Of a stretch of 64,000 nucleotides of DNA, positions 14,001 through 21,097 are shown piece by piece. This DNA comes from a virus (taxonomy: Duplodnaviria > Caudoviricetes), in IMG/VR virus record IMGVR_UViG_3300010260_000160, positions 2,000-65,999 of that record; one strand, written 5' to 3'. How positions within the stretch are numbered: the stretch's first letter is position 1; each line of letters starts with the position of its first letter. The notes below the pieces were generated by a model. It was not told the DNA's origin and did no database searches. It worked only from the letters and a program-made list of their open reading frames with translations. The translations under genes were made by a program, and so were the position numbers.

Positions 14001-17000
14001 TCGATATTTCACATGCAGGAGAGGGCGAGGGATTCCAATCTCACGGATTTGGTCATTATATAGCGTTCAATCAAGAGACTGCTGAAAAATATGCTTGGAA
14101 CAATGCTTTTGAGCATCTTGATAAAGAAGGTCTATTAAGTCCAGAACTCAGTGAGATAATGCGCAGTGACGAGTTCGATACTTACGAACAGTTGGTTGAG
14201 CGATATGATTCCTTACTTCAAGAGAAGCAGCAGGATGCAAAGGATGACCTGGAACAGTCAATGCGAGAGGATGCTGGAGATACTTCCCTAATCAATATGC
14301 TGAAACGGGACTATGACAGATGGAAGTCGTATAGACCTCTTTCTGAATTGTTGGAAGGTACAAGGTATCTCTATACTGTCAATATCACTGATGACAATGG
14401 TCACAACTATATTGACGAGATGCGAACTCTTGACAAATCAGACAGAAAGAGAATTGCTGATGTCCTGCGTTCTATGCCTGAGAGCAGACTCCAGAAATCA
14501 ACTCACGGTCCGAACTGGCTTCGTGACGGTTTCAATACCCTTGCGAATGTCATTGAGCGCGAACAATATGCAGGTCTTGAAATTCGCAGGAGGCTGGTTG
14601 ATGCCCTTGGCACTGAAAAGCAAGCAAGTGAGGTTCTGTCAGAAGCTGGATTCGTAGGTTACAAGTATAATGGCAGAGCTGACGGAGATTGCGCTGTGAT
14701 ATTCAGCAATGAGGATATAAGCATCAATCACAAAGAGCGATTCCGGATAAGAGAGGACGAACCGCCAACAAAGACTGGAATTGGTTATAAGGTATTCGTC
14801 CTTAAGAACTGTCAACTCTACCCTCCTATGGTTGCCAATCCAAACGGAGCAGCAACACCTGTAGGAATATGGCTTGATGCAGATGCTGCTCCGATAGTTG
14901 GGACGAGCAAAACGGGAAGACTTAAAGTGAAGGCAGGCGGCCGTGGAACTCAAGGAGGAAGCGGAACTCTCGCTTATCGTCCGGGATGGCATCTCGGAGT
15001 AATCCCTTATGCACTTCAATTCAACCGCAAGGGAAAATCGGGAGAGCGTGAACTATTCCCTGCCAATTTCGTTTGGGCAGAAGTGGAGTATGCCAATGAT
15101 GTGGACTATCAGGATGAGGCGATGTCATACGGCTACAATGAATCCGGGAAATACCAGCACTCACTTGCAGTATTGCCGAGAGTTCCGGAGAATGGGGCTT
15201 ACACATATCGTACAAATCCGGACCCAAAAACGGACCCTTGGATTATCACCGGTGCGATGAAGGTTAATCGTCTTCTCACTCCATCAGAAGTTGATGAGAT
15301 GGTGATAGCAGCAGGCCGTGAACCGCAAAAAAGGCAGGAAGGGGCCGTGACAGATGAACAGATCCAGCAACTGAATCTGAATATTGAAGCCATATCAAGT
15401 ACAAAGCCTTCTGATATTCGTGAATCCATCTCGGAACTCGCTGGCCGTCTTGGAGAGAATGTGCGTATCGTTGAGGATGTGAATGAACTTACCGACCGTA
15501 ATCCAAAGGTGCAGCGCAGAATGAGGAATTCTTTCGGATGGTATGACATCGAAACAGGAGAAATTGTTGTAGTACTTCCAAACTCAAGGAGTGTTGCGGA
15601 TGCAAGAGCGACCATCTTCCACGAGGCTATCGCACATAAGGGACTACGCGAATTTGTCGGAGAAGACCGTTTTGACGGTTTCCTTGAGCGCGTCTATAAT
15701 GCAGCGACGCCTAAGATGCGTGATTCCATCATAGAACTTTCGAAGAAACACGGATGGGATTTAGCAGAAGGCACTGAAGAATATATCGCCCGTCTTGCAG
15801 AATCGGGATTCGATGAAAGGGAGAACAGAACCATCTGGCAGAAGATTCGTGATTTCTTTGAGGATATGATGAACGAGGCCAAACTTCGTCTTGGTTTCCG
15901 AATCACCGACAACACGCTCCGTTATGTTCTCTGGCGCACATACCAGATGAGACAGAGCAAAGGTGTTGTAGGTGTTGCGGAGGATATTGAAATGCAACAG
16001 AATCTTGGACTTGGACGATTCAACGACCGTGGTAAAAGATTCCGTGATGCTGATGAGGTATTGCACGACCGCAGCCTTGCCCGTAATGCTTATGAGAAAG
16101 CAACTGCATCAGGACTGTATCAGTTCCGCGAAGCTGCCCAGGATTCAATGCTCGGGCTGCGGACACTAATGCAGGCCGTCCTCAAAGCAGAAGGAAAGGG
16201 TAAAGTCAATATCGAGGATGTGGATGCTTTTGAAAACGCATATCTTGCGGAGAACGCGATGTCATCTATGAACAAAGCGGAACAGGAAGCCTACTACAAA
16301 CTCGTTATGTCCCCTCTGCTTAAAGCTGTGTCGGCATTTGGAGTTCCGCAGAGAGAAGTAACTGACTATATGATGGCAAAACACGGCCTTGAACGAAATA
16401 AGTTGATGGCCGAGCGTGCTGCCAAAGAAGCTGAAAAGGCTGATGAGGAACACAAGAAGACTTATGATGAATGGTATGAACACTTCCGGAAAAATGATTA
16501 TGCAGGACTGACCGGATTAACCGGGAAGAAAACGGTTAGAGATGCTGAAAACGAGGCTATGAGGATTGTCAATGAGTTCGAGGGACAGCACGATACCGCA
16601 GACCTCTGGCAAAAGACAAATGCCGCTACCAAAGCATCATTGCAGAAACTGCGTGAATCAGGACTTCTGACAAAAGAAGCATTCGACAGCATCTCCGGGA
16701 TGTATGAATACTACATTCCTCTGAGAGGCTGGGACGAAACGACAAGCGATGAGTTGTATGGTTATCTGACTGACCGTAAAGGAGTGATGAACTCTCCACT
16801 GAAAAAGGCAGAAGGAAGACGAAGCCAAGCTGATGACCCTCTTGCATATATCGCAAGTATGGCTGACACGGCTATTATGCAGGGAAACCGCAACAGGATG
16901 AAACAGCGTTTCTTGAATTTCGTCCTGAATCATCCTTCTGACCTCGTAAGCGTGAATGACATCTGGCTTTCCTTTGATGATACGACAGATGAGTGGAAGC

Positions 17001-19015
17001 CTGTATTCGCAGACCTTAAACCGACTGACACTGCTGATGAGGTGGAGCAGAAGATTGCTGATTTCGAGGAAAAGATGAAAGCATTGGCTAAATCCGACCC
17101 GGACCACTACAAGAGCGGGAAAGATGCAATGAACATACCTTTCAAAGTGGTGAACAACAATTTGAGAGAGCATCAGGTGCTTGTGAAACGCGGTGGAAGG
17201 ACTTATGTTCTCACCATCAACGGCAACCCTCGTGCTGCTCAAGCCCTCAACGGCCTGACGAATCCGGACACGGACATCAGTGGTTTTGTCGGTTCGCTCA
17301 TAAAAGGAGGACAGTGGATAAACCGGAATCTTTCTGCTGCATACACTGCAAGGAATATTGAGTTTGTGGTTTCAAACTTCCTGCGTGATATGCTCTATTC
17401 CAATTGTATGACCTGGGTAAAGGAAAGTCCAAATTATGCCGTGAAGTTCCATAAGAACTTCGGAAAGATGAATCCTGCCCACATGATGTCACTTTTCGTA
17501 AAATGGGAAAAAGGCACATTGAACGAATCCGATGAAACGGAGAAAATGTTCAAGGACTTTATGATGAACGGAGGTGAGACCGGATATACCACTGTTAAGG
17601 ATATTGAAAAGCAGAAAAAGGAGATTGCCGCACAGATTAAGAAGTACGGCAAGACTATGCCAATTGCCAAAGCTTGGGATTTACTTGGAACATCATTCGA
17701 CATACTCAACAGAGCCGTGGAGAACACTGCACGATTTGCCGCTTTTGTGACTTCTCGTGAGATGGGCCGTACCTTGGAAAGGTCTGTCTATGATGCCAAA
17801 GAGGTATCAGTGAACTTCAATAAGAAAGGCGCAGGAGATAAGTTCTCAAATGCTGTCGGGCAAACGCTTCTCGGAAAGATTGGCTCTTACGGAAGTGCAG
17901 GAGGAAGGCTGATGTATGTCTTCTGGAATGCCGGTGTTCAGGGCCTCACTAACTTCGGACGAGCCGCAAAACGCCATCCTGCAAAAGCAACAGCAGGAAT
18001 GGCCTCTATGTTCGCTCTCGGATTGGCAGTTGCCGCTCTTGCAGGTTATGGTGGTGGCGATGACGATGATGAGAATGCTTATTATAATCTTCCGGAATAT
18101 GTCCGTCGCAGCAACATTTGTTTCCGCGCAGGTGATTCCTGGATCTCCATCCCACTTCCGATTGAGTTCCGTGGAATCTACGGTATGGGAGAGTTGGCAA
18201 TGGGAGTAATTTCCGGCAAGGAACATTATTCGTCATCCGAGCTGGCATTCCAGATTGGTTCGCAGGTATCTCAAGTATTGCCACTTGATATGCTGGAAGG
18301 CGGAGGAGGCATTTCTCCTCTCATCCCGAGTGCTGCTAAACCGCTTGTTGAGGCTTATGTGATGAACAAGAGCTGGACAGGTCTCCCAATATACAAGGAC
18401 ACATATTTCAACAAGGATATGCCAGAATGGACCAAAGCATATAAGAGTGCCAATAAGCAGCTCGTGGGACTTGCTGAAGCCGCAAACAGATTCTCCGGTG
18501 GTGACGAATATACTAAAGGTGCGATTGACATCAATCCGGCACGGGTTGAATATATGCTCAATGGCTATTTCGGTGGTTATGCTACACTTGTCAATAAACT
18601 TGTGAAGATGGGCGAGACTGCTGTCGGAGCAAGAGATTTTGAGTGGAGAAATATGCTGGTCGCAAGTCGTGTTGTAAAGAGCGGTGATGAGCGTACACAG
18701 AGAAGAAAACTGACAAACGAGTTCTCCAACATCAAGGAAGAAGCCGAGAAAACCTCAAAGAGATTGAGAGGATATGAGGATAAGGCTGATGCAGGTGTTG
18801 CAGAGTATGCGGAAAAGTTAGACTTCCTTATGAACTCACCGGAATATTTGCGATATGAGATTTACGAGGATTACAAACTCGACCTTCAGGATATTCGAGA
18901 GGATATGAAGTATGAAACGGACCCTTCATCATACAAAGACCTTGAAGACGAGTATTATGCTCTGATTCGAGAGCTGGTGGATGAGGTTAACGAATCCCGA
19001 AACAGTAACAGATAA
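2009..19015 (+). CDS. Giant polyvalent virion protein (DarB-like MTase-helicase core plus nuclease-like, InPase, ART-like, metallopeptidase and LPD38-like domains)
   Basis: 5668-aa ORF. Motifs: GYGLVHIEARHG (~6341); AQKKAGNYRKGH...ENPKGS...DGDHIDVY (~6840-7030); EPTAGNG and NPPF (~9293, ~9464); GDQTGVGKGRQ and DESH (~10596, ~11089); YHGT...GFGHY (~13970); HEAIAHKGLR (~15620); C-terminal ENTARFAAF...NFNKKG...VFWNAGVQG. Confidence 0.88.
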   Translation: MPVYKANGKTYNIPDDKIEAFEKRYPNAEVEIYDNDGAAYSLPISKRVNFQKKFDKWSYSKPESNESPEVRNEQPFNAATFQERRRQIPGVDFSPMPEEYRTSRANQDPGAAASTVPTVETPEPTEPEKPDTTKSATSSIIDTSSTRRLQRPGYEVSTMPEEYRAQLDAKDPLDEGFEDEPQGPNWEQRQQAGNKRQVKELSGHIDSLLTDAVNVSVDRYNKQQEDAQKESWFRRLYKSIGENYAPHGDAMIPAMRETRKIYHGAGDPELQNKIASLQAAKTAMTNAQNIIDEADRAINKGEYSKFSRTFFGGAYRGFGDKLFDVSTWDMGMSDLENATAMMQALDAYDKGTLTEAQQALLDAKAVELATNAYFGSYVGRGYKAGAVTAESIPFMLEMCINPASSVGEAATSRMARYAIKRFGKEAAKKAGQKVVRAVGRAGADLLGAAAMTATSGAIGTTADAIERMNGQVMVDELEPGVSAFAGVDENSQEAPAAAFAKAFAGRTIENYSEMVGEYFSPVFKATGKMAGRGLEKIGLGKVNKFIDDIAASDVARIVTDFEKNAKWNGVFGEYAEEVVGNCMNALVVGDMTFDAAEGTGVFNLDQNIDTFLGVALMGGFMSTIKTAGYRTPKYRTRKSLERADNAAGAAFDGTGMWEDMRSQIQEDPNAALHNVLTEDYTPEQRQAVLQYVKAFQEYDGVLKAEQKRRTAPDSNPVQTDLETSFDNGYELVGDEEMADARNMYFAQKSKLYDTIGLDDIDEQQTLNVDDLPYFGYEREVIIDYLNAKATYQGMIERVRDDIDSRIMAAETQIDLNTNATDGLIHSAITSDDRNVYITGGRIVLSDDGTIDREKSDKEIIIRDMQTGKKEFWDISMLKQVDASVDPVVEKNTAAEAVRESVGRAAADKIDGRLHFQMGDVYTLTTPNGDSFPVEITANEQGVIDNGDGTVNVILNGATVDGSPVISQMSKSEIQQMASATNLGRLAQYQQQKGAEKANIPPYRLDDVVTLNVDGQPVRGSITADADADGRYEVYTETPIAGHSVNLFTREELDSMVSELNGQPVTSVSQDDASGTQNPVSGTETGGISTLSSEIGTVPAENGTPVAATDTGSAMSRIPVDENNVPQFEQAPLNDGWDALMELNEGNEQDTIEMARDMIANSEAELQKAQSKKPKGTNPLEIKRSRDEIRAGISAAQKKVDFWKRIASYPEMRRKEMEEQAKMQRRLKLAEARRIQRQQGRFGKEDRVLGDALSFEEYVMRSIANGAVRFKWGNDPNNASIKGLGSHLGFNDNSSERNHRIWMLSNEEGLYPETAAEELLQGYAEQLGLDEVPGMDTMDAFNTMLNVLLSYSSSRSMFDAAKELHQKNDPTFLEAKEAEIAQAMAEEQAVANNYTLSDEVDDNGRQFVLSPSGQLSFGDITKESGLTEAPILLSEGVITNPVTNDGYGLVHIEARHGDEIRKAGYASVLDFIDEVAKNYEVIRKGKERDGIQTYMLQLTDKHNNTLMVELSNDGSYWNINTAGIFKTSYGAKNNVVYDRHTTEKQPAETVEASLEGEQRGTTPSTSMSAPAQLSENKGSEIPEENNGQPENPTVAAIQEARQEVNTEPTDAQKKAGNYRKGHLKIDGYDISIENPKGSMRRGTDSDGEHWETEMQNDYGYIRGTESVDGDHIDVYLSDNPSEGKVFVIDQVNPKTGEFDEHKVMYGFADEQSARDAYLSNYAEGWQGLGNISEVSKEEFSDWIKSSKRKTKPFAEYKVIDNLHAKRREVYDSVDEGDVLVDANGGTIKILKKYPNYRGYKLDISNPSFGGIVEASLADLYYRVNEEGYKKSEKPAESDSGIAKQVNVEGLMNALSTAGQAKLSDFAEDIPQAIDQTENDSVNIEPATYTTKAGKTLNMFRVNPGRELSKDEWRAVSKFLKDNRGWKDRENGGFMVRTEENANELANLLRDADAMSEARPVSLTEMQQLGSVSVTNSDDAASTTEDTLPEWGYELVTYSDGYSYLSRYKRMPNGVPVYDGRHVAEANDPETLEAILKHNNLYDLLSDVDKSNLDYRVSNWKFKKRVKEEGINGLKLNDKVIYKGKEATVHDFEEYGDHRPVLDVGLSPVAYEVVDWDKVEKIGNSDVPAKDAAPKAEERPVNPSGNKLVTDERYAELRMKMMQKLQGQLNMGIDPEILAIGTEMAVYHIEKGARKFVEYAKAMIADLSDAIRPYLKAFYNGARDLPEMQESGLAAEMDSYADVQAVDVANFDKETANIISTVEMVEKEAEVEQQAKVGAEKLQRARNTADKTVTESEKKARRAFSRAVAGEMLGALSTGNRPFESIRDLRKLAEECGMTLDTLGSSDILIQELVEDGLVTAARDIMDSGHYGDITSRDAYNAIVQLYEMQPTISQRSSTRIKMQQYSTPLPMAFVADMFAYNPKTTASVLEPTAGNGMLVFGIPADRVHANELDENRLANLREQGFKEVTSQDGAQPFSGTYDAVIANPPFGSAEAKEYDGISISGLDPQIALNALESMVDDGRAAIIVGGNLEYAGNGAIKGGKKAFFSYLYDHYNVRGIIDMSGDLYKRQGTTFPTMMILIDGRRSEEERAQTKIYPPVKSAAIGKVNNFEELYDTVVSVLSSNRKTNGYETVRTQELGLFDNNGPSGTASPDGPRVEHNENDSDVRRGTERTRSDRPSGRTGNGGVQRTEKQGGGRTSGAADTVVSGAQTDTGGRKTASDERGNDAVPSGDTDNNGRAGQSELESIPSVGTSGTGVGVAQPVKKSKEKQKEERKLTDEKLHYVQHSSAFSLESVAPAAMVEAMDATLAKIEDKYGKTIDEFVTDELGYDSITAMHNALAAEQVDSVAMAIDQMKQGQALVIGDQTGVGKGRQMAALIRWAVRQGTQPIFITQKATLFTDIYRDLVDIGSGDLNPFIFNAVETSKDAETGETVYGGGVMKDSNGVLVHRAPTSAKLSEIFESGELPAEYDFAVLTYSQVNTGDEASAMEAYNEKKKNGARAAKPKNIRSNPKADFLRKIAKDNYLFLDESHTAAGDSKSGYYLQSLVKDAAAVTFASATFAKRPDTMPLYALRTAMSKAQLGEGKSLIGIIKRGGVTLQEIMSRALTAAGQMVRRERDMSDVRTDWETVTDPQTVEKARKNYDKTIEAFNDIIEFQSKYVTPLIDALSSGLALMGSQAKHKKGTKKMGIDNVPFASKTYNYTKQLMLALKTDAIIDRVTKEIQEGRHPVIALESTMEGLLKDSYMPGDVVENPTFAASLLRGLDTVLQYTVTDENGKETHRSYSPSELGEEGARAYYELRDKIIEATSDIYISPLDAIINGLKERGFKVGELTGRTLCAEIDAEGKTIVRKRTDTDKLKMMQDFNSGALDVLVLNKSASTGISLHASKKFKDQRQRSMIIAQPLSDINDYMQMIGRIDRTGQVHRGYYINLALPVPAEQRFNMMLSTKLKSLNANTTTSQDSESNSVDAPDLLNKYGSQVVVEYLRDNPAIYTKLGWPLKDAKGQVRAVDLDEYKPSEDDARRITGYVALLSTKEQQDFYDDVIRRYNDLINYLNETGTNDLKITVMPLEAKTVEKSVSSEGAEPDGDNPFAQHAFVEKVEMNVLSKPMSADEVRKTIKKLNGEKDGAERRTEILNQLREESQARLNAEDERYEAAKAKGEEDIAKRTAVIMAKEKMSDEEKKQAIDRFTETIHEKIESTHEDNRKKIIASANSLMRRMMSFDVEKTYMIADNLGNGGQSLFCSPAIFCGFKAKESKITASTTIAVFAPLDGRRRIEVKMSDMTACNQIIDLTELNYQTAAETNLSNWDSQIPNETRKTGYILTGNILQAIADTSDEYGNYTGQLVSFSDDEGNVRDGILMPDQWTPTLLPSAGVPINARAADIMKGRSFSSTDGSISIQTGYFRSAGEPMYFELSVPKSKAKGGKYFLNDELLSLLHGEFRTRSGKMQATVWPDNIKAVLDLLSRMGVRVADSPRGQEDSRRYRDGYHGTIADFDAFDISHAGEGEGFQSHGFGHYIAFNQETAEKYAWNNAFEHLDKEGLLSPELSEIMRSDEFDTYEQLVERYDSLLQEKQQDAKDDLEQSMREDAGDTSLINMLKRDYDRWKSYRPLSELLEGTRYLYTVNITDDNGHNYIDEMRTLDKSDRKRIADVLRSMPESRLQKSTHGPNWLRDGFNTLANVIEREQYAGLEIRRRLVDALGTEKQASEVLSEAGFVGYKYNGRADGDCAVIFSNEDISINHKERFRIREDEPPTKTGIGYKVFVLKNCQLYPPMVANPNGAATPVGIWLDADAAPIVGTSKTGRLKVKAGGRGTQGGSGTLAYRPGWHLGVIPYALQFNRKGKSGERELFPANFVWAEVEYANDVDYQDEAMSYGYNESGKYQHSLAVLPRVPENGAYTYRTNPDPKTDPWIITGAMKVNRLLTPSEVDEMVIAAGREPQKRQEGAVTDEQIQQLNLNIEAISSTKPSDIRESISELAGRLGENVRIVEDVNELTDRNPKVQRRMRNSFGWYDIETGEIVVVLPNSRSVADARATIFHEAIAHKGLREFVGEDRFDGFLERVYNAATPKMRDSIIELSKKHGWDLAEGTEEYIARLAESGFDERENRTIWQKIRDFFEDMMNEAKLRLGFRITDNTLRYVLWRTYQMRQSKGVVGVAEDIEMQQNLGLGRFNDRGKRFRDADEVLHDRSLARNAYEKATASGLYQFREAAQDSMLGLRTLMQAVLKAEGKGKVNIEDVDAFENAYLAENAMSSMNKAEQEAYYKLVMSPLLKAVSAFGVPQREVTDYMMAKHGLERNKLMAERAAKEAEKADEEHKKTYDEWYEHFRKNDYAGLTGLTGKKTVRDAENEAMRIVNEFEGQHDTADLWQKTNAATKASLQKLRESGLLTKEAFDSISGMYEYYIPLRGWDETTSDELYGYLTDRKGVMNSPLKKAEGRRSQADDPLAYIASMADTAIMQGNRNRMKQRFLNFVLNHPSDLVSVNDIWLSFDDTTDEWKPVFADLKPTDTADEVEQKIADFEEKMKALAKSDPDHYKSGKDAMNIPFKVVNNNLREHQVLVKRGGRTYVLTINGNPRAAQALNGLTNPDTDISGFVGSLIKGGQWINRNLSAAYTARNIEFVVSNFLRDMLYSNCMTWVKESPNYAVKFHKNFGKMNPAHMMSLFVKWEKGTLNESDETEKMFKDFMMNGGETGYTTVKDIEKQKKEIAAQIKKYGKTMPIAKAWDLLGTSFDILNRAVENTARFAAFVTSREMGRTLERSVYDAKEVSVNFNKKGAGDKFSNAVGQTLLGKIGSYGSAGGRLMYVFWNAGVQGLTNFGRAAKRHPAKATAGMASMFALGLAVAALAGYGGGDDDDENAYYNLPEYVRRSNICFRAGDSWISIPLPIEFRGIYGMGELAMGVISGKEHYSSSELAFQIGSQVSQVLPLDMLEGGGGISPLIPSAAKPLVEAYVMNKSWTGLPIYKDTYFNKDMPEWTKAYKSANKQLVGLAEAANRFSGGDEYTKGAIDINPARVEYMLNGYFGGYATLVNKLVKMGETAVGARDFEWRNMLVASRVVKSGDERTQRRKLTNEFSNIKEEAEKTSKRLRGYEDKADAGVAEYAEKLDFLMNSPEYLRYEIYEDYKLDLQDIREDMKYETDPSSYKDLEDEYYALIRELVDEVNESRNSNR

Positions 19016-19023
19016 AACAACGC

Positions 19024-19064
19024 GATGCCTGTAGTGATTTAACTTTGTGACCATTACAGGCATC
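19024..19064 (+). promoter_or_regulatory. 13-bp inverted repeat enclosing a -7 box upstream of the portal gene
   Basis: GATGCCTGTAGTG (19024-19036) and CATTACAGGCATC (19052-19064), 12/13 matched; the 15-nt spacer contains TAACTTTG (19040-19047). Confidence 0.55.
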
Positions 19065-19081
19065 CATTAACAATTTCATCT

Positions 19082-21061
19082 ATGGCCGAAGAAAGAATCA
19101 GACCGTTAAGCCGCGTTCATAATCCGATTGAGTTGGATTCCGTGAAGTCTGCGAAAAAGTCTCGCAACGACACTCGCGGCTTTGACATAATCTGGGAGGC
19201 GATGCAACATTACAGCAACTCCCAGAGATTCCGTGAAGACCGTGAACGGAACAAGAAATACACCTACGGCAGACAGTGGGATGACATCATCATTGACGAG
19301 AACGGTGTGAAGATGAAAGAGGAGGACTATATCAAGTCGCAAGGCAATGTCCCTCTGAAAAACAATCTCATCCGAAGACTCGTCCGCAATGTCCTTGGCG
19401 TTTATCGCTCCCAGTCAAAAGAACCAACCTGCGCAGCAAGGGATTCAGAAGAAAAGAAACTTGGCGAGACAATGAGCACCATCCTTCAGTGCAATCTTCA
19501 ACTGAACAAGGCCGCGGAACTGAATGCAAGAGAGCTGGAGGAGTTCCTCATCAGCGGCTTCGCTATGTATCGCCTTTGGTACGGATGGAAGAATGACAAG
19601 TTGGATTGCTGGATTGAGCCGATAAACCCTAATAATGCCATTCTTGACAGTAATATGCGAGACTTCCGTGGAGGGGATGAATCCATCATTGGTGAAATTC
19701 ACGACATCAGTTTTCTCACTCTCTGTCAGCGATTTGCAAAAAGTCCGCAGGATTATGCAAGGCTTGCGGAGATTTACCGTGTAGCCAAAGACACATCACG
19801 GCTTCCACTGTACTGCCAAACATTCGGGTATTCGGAAAGACAGGCCAACCACGATTTCCTTTTCCCCAAAGACCCAACAAGATGTCGTGTGATAGAAGTA
19901 TGGCGAAAGGAGAGCAAGCCGCGCTACCGTTGCGTTGATTATAATAATGGTGAGATTTTCAAGTGTGAGATTGAAGACCTTCAGGAACTTGTGCTTGATG
20001 TCAATGCCAAACGAATGCAGATGGGAGCAAAGCAAGGTATTGCACCTTCTGACATTCCACTGATCCAGGCGACCTGGTTTATGGATGAATACTGGTATTA
20101 TTACTACCTATCACCATTCGGAGACATCCTTGATGAAGGAGAAACCCCGTATGAGCACAAAAGCCATCCTTATGTGTTCAAGGCATATCCGTTCATTGAC
20201 GGTGAGATTCATTCCTTCGTGGCTGATGTCATTGACCAGCAGCGTTACACAAACCGCCTCATCACTATGTATGACTGGATAATGCGTGCAAGTGCAAAGG
20301 GCGTGCTTCTGTTCCCTGAGGATGCGCTTCCGGAAGGATATGACATAAATGACATTGCCGATGAATGGAGCCGCTTCAATGGCGTTATTCTCGTAAGCAA
20401 GAAACGCAAGGACGGCATAATGCCTCAACAGGTTGCCAATAACTCGACAAATATCGGAATATCCGAATTGCTCAACCTGCAATTAAAATTCTTCGAGGAC
20501 ATCTCCGGCGTAAACGGAGCGTTGCAGGGTAAACCGGGTTACAGCCAGACCTCCGGTGCGTTATATGCACAACAGACACAGAATGCAACTACATCACTAC
20601 TTGATGTGCTTGACACATTCTCGTCATTCGTTGTCGATGTCGCATATAAGACTGTCAAGAATATCCAGCAGTTCTATGATACGAAGCGAGTATTCAATAT
20701 TGCTGGAAAGGCCGCCGGACAAATCGTTTACGAGCCGAACAAGATTCGTGATGTTGAGTTCGACCTTTCTATTATTGAAAGCACTTCAACACCTGTTTAC
20801 CGTCAGATGGCCAACGAGTTTCTTATGCAGATTTGGCAGTCCGGACAGATTTCCCTCCAGCAACTTCTGCAGCACGGAGATTTCCCATTCTCGGACGAAC
20901 TCCTTCAAAGCCTTCAGAGCCAGCAGGAGCAGCTTGCAAAAGGCGAAATGCCGCAGGGCCTTTCTCCGCAGCTTATGCAGCAGGCACAGCAAGGAGCCAA
21001 TATGGAGAATGTCAACAAAGCATACAATATGCTTACCGGACAATATCAAATGGCATCATAG
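19082..21061 (+). CDS. Portal protein (P22-like)
   Basis: 659 aa; size, position next to terminase and capsid, and segments such as KNNLIRRLVRNVLG, HPYVFKAYPFIDGEIHSFV and ISGVNGALQG recognised from Bacteroidota phage portals. Confidence 0.85.
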   Translation: MAEERIRPLSRVHNPIELDSVKSAKKSRNDTRGFDIIWEAMQHYSNSQRFREDRERNKKYTYGRQWDDIIIDENGVKMKEEDYIKSQGNVPLKNNLIRRLVRNVLGVYRSQSKEPTCAARDSEEKKLGETMSTILQCNLQLNKAAELNARELEEFLISGFAMYRLWYGWKNDKLDCWIEPINPNNAILDSNMRDFRGGDESIIGEIHDISFLTLCQRFAKSPQDYARLAEIYRVAKDTSRLPLYCQTFGYSERQANHDFLFPKDPTRCRVIEVWRKESKPRYRCVDYNNGEIFKCEIEDLQELVLDVNAKRMQMGAKQGIAPSDIPLIQATWFMDEYWYYYYLSPFGDILDEGETPYEHKSHPYVFKAYPFIDGEIHSFVADVIDQQRYTNRLITMYDWIMRASAKGVLLFPEDALPEGYDINDIADEWSRFNGVILVSKKRKDGIMPQQVANNSTNIGISELLNLQLKFFEDISGVNGALQGKPGYSQTSGALYAQQTQNATTSLLDVLDTFSSFVVDVAYKTVKNIQQFYDTKRVFNIAGKAAGQIVYEPNKIRDVEFDLSIIESTSTPVYRQMANEFLMQIWQSGQISLQQLLQHGDFPFSDELLQSLQSQQEQLAKGEMPQGLSPQLMQQAQQGANMENVNKAYNMLTGQYQMAS

Positions 21062-21065
21062 AACG

Positions 21066-21097
21066 AGAAGGGGGCTTGAAAGGCTCCCTTCTTTATA
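21066..21097. terminator. Intrinsic terminator between convergent portal and terminase genes
   Basis: AGAAGGGGGCTT-GAA-AGGCTCCCTTCT stem with two G:U pairs, followed by TTTAT. Confidence 0.7.

Noticed and set aside
19024-19064. Invertible promoter (inverton)
   Set aside because: Only 15 nt lie between the repeats, too short to hold a full promoter, and no site-specific recombinase is in the window.
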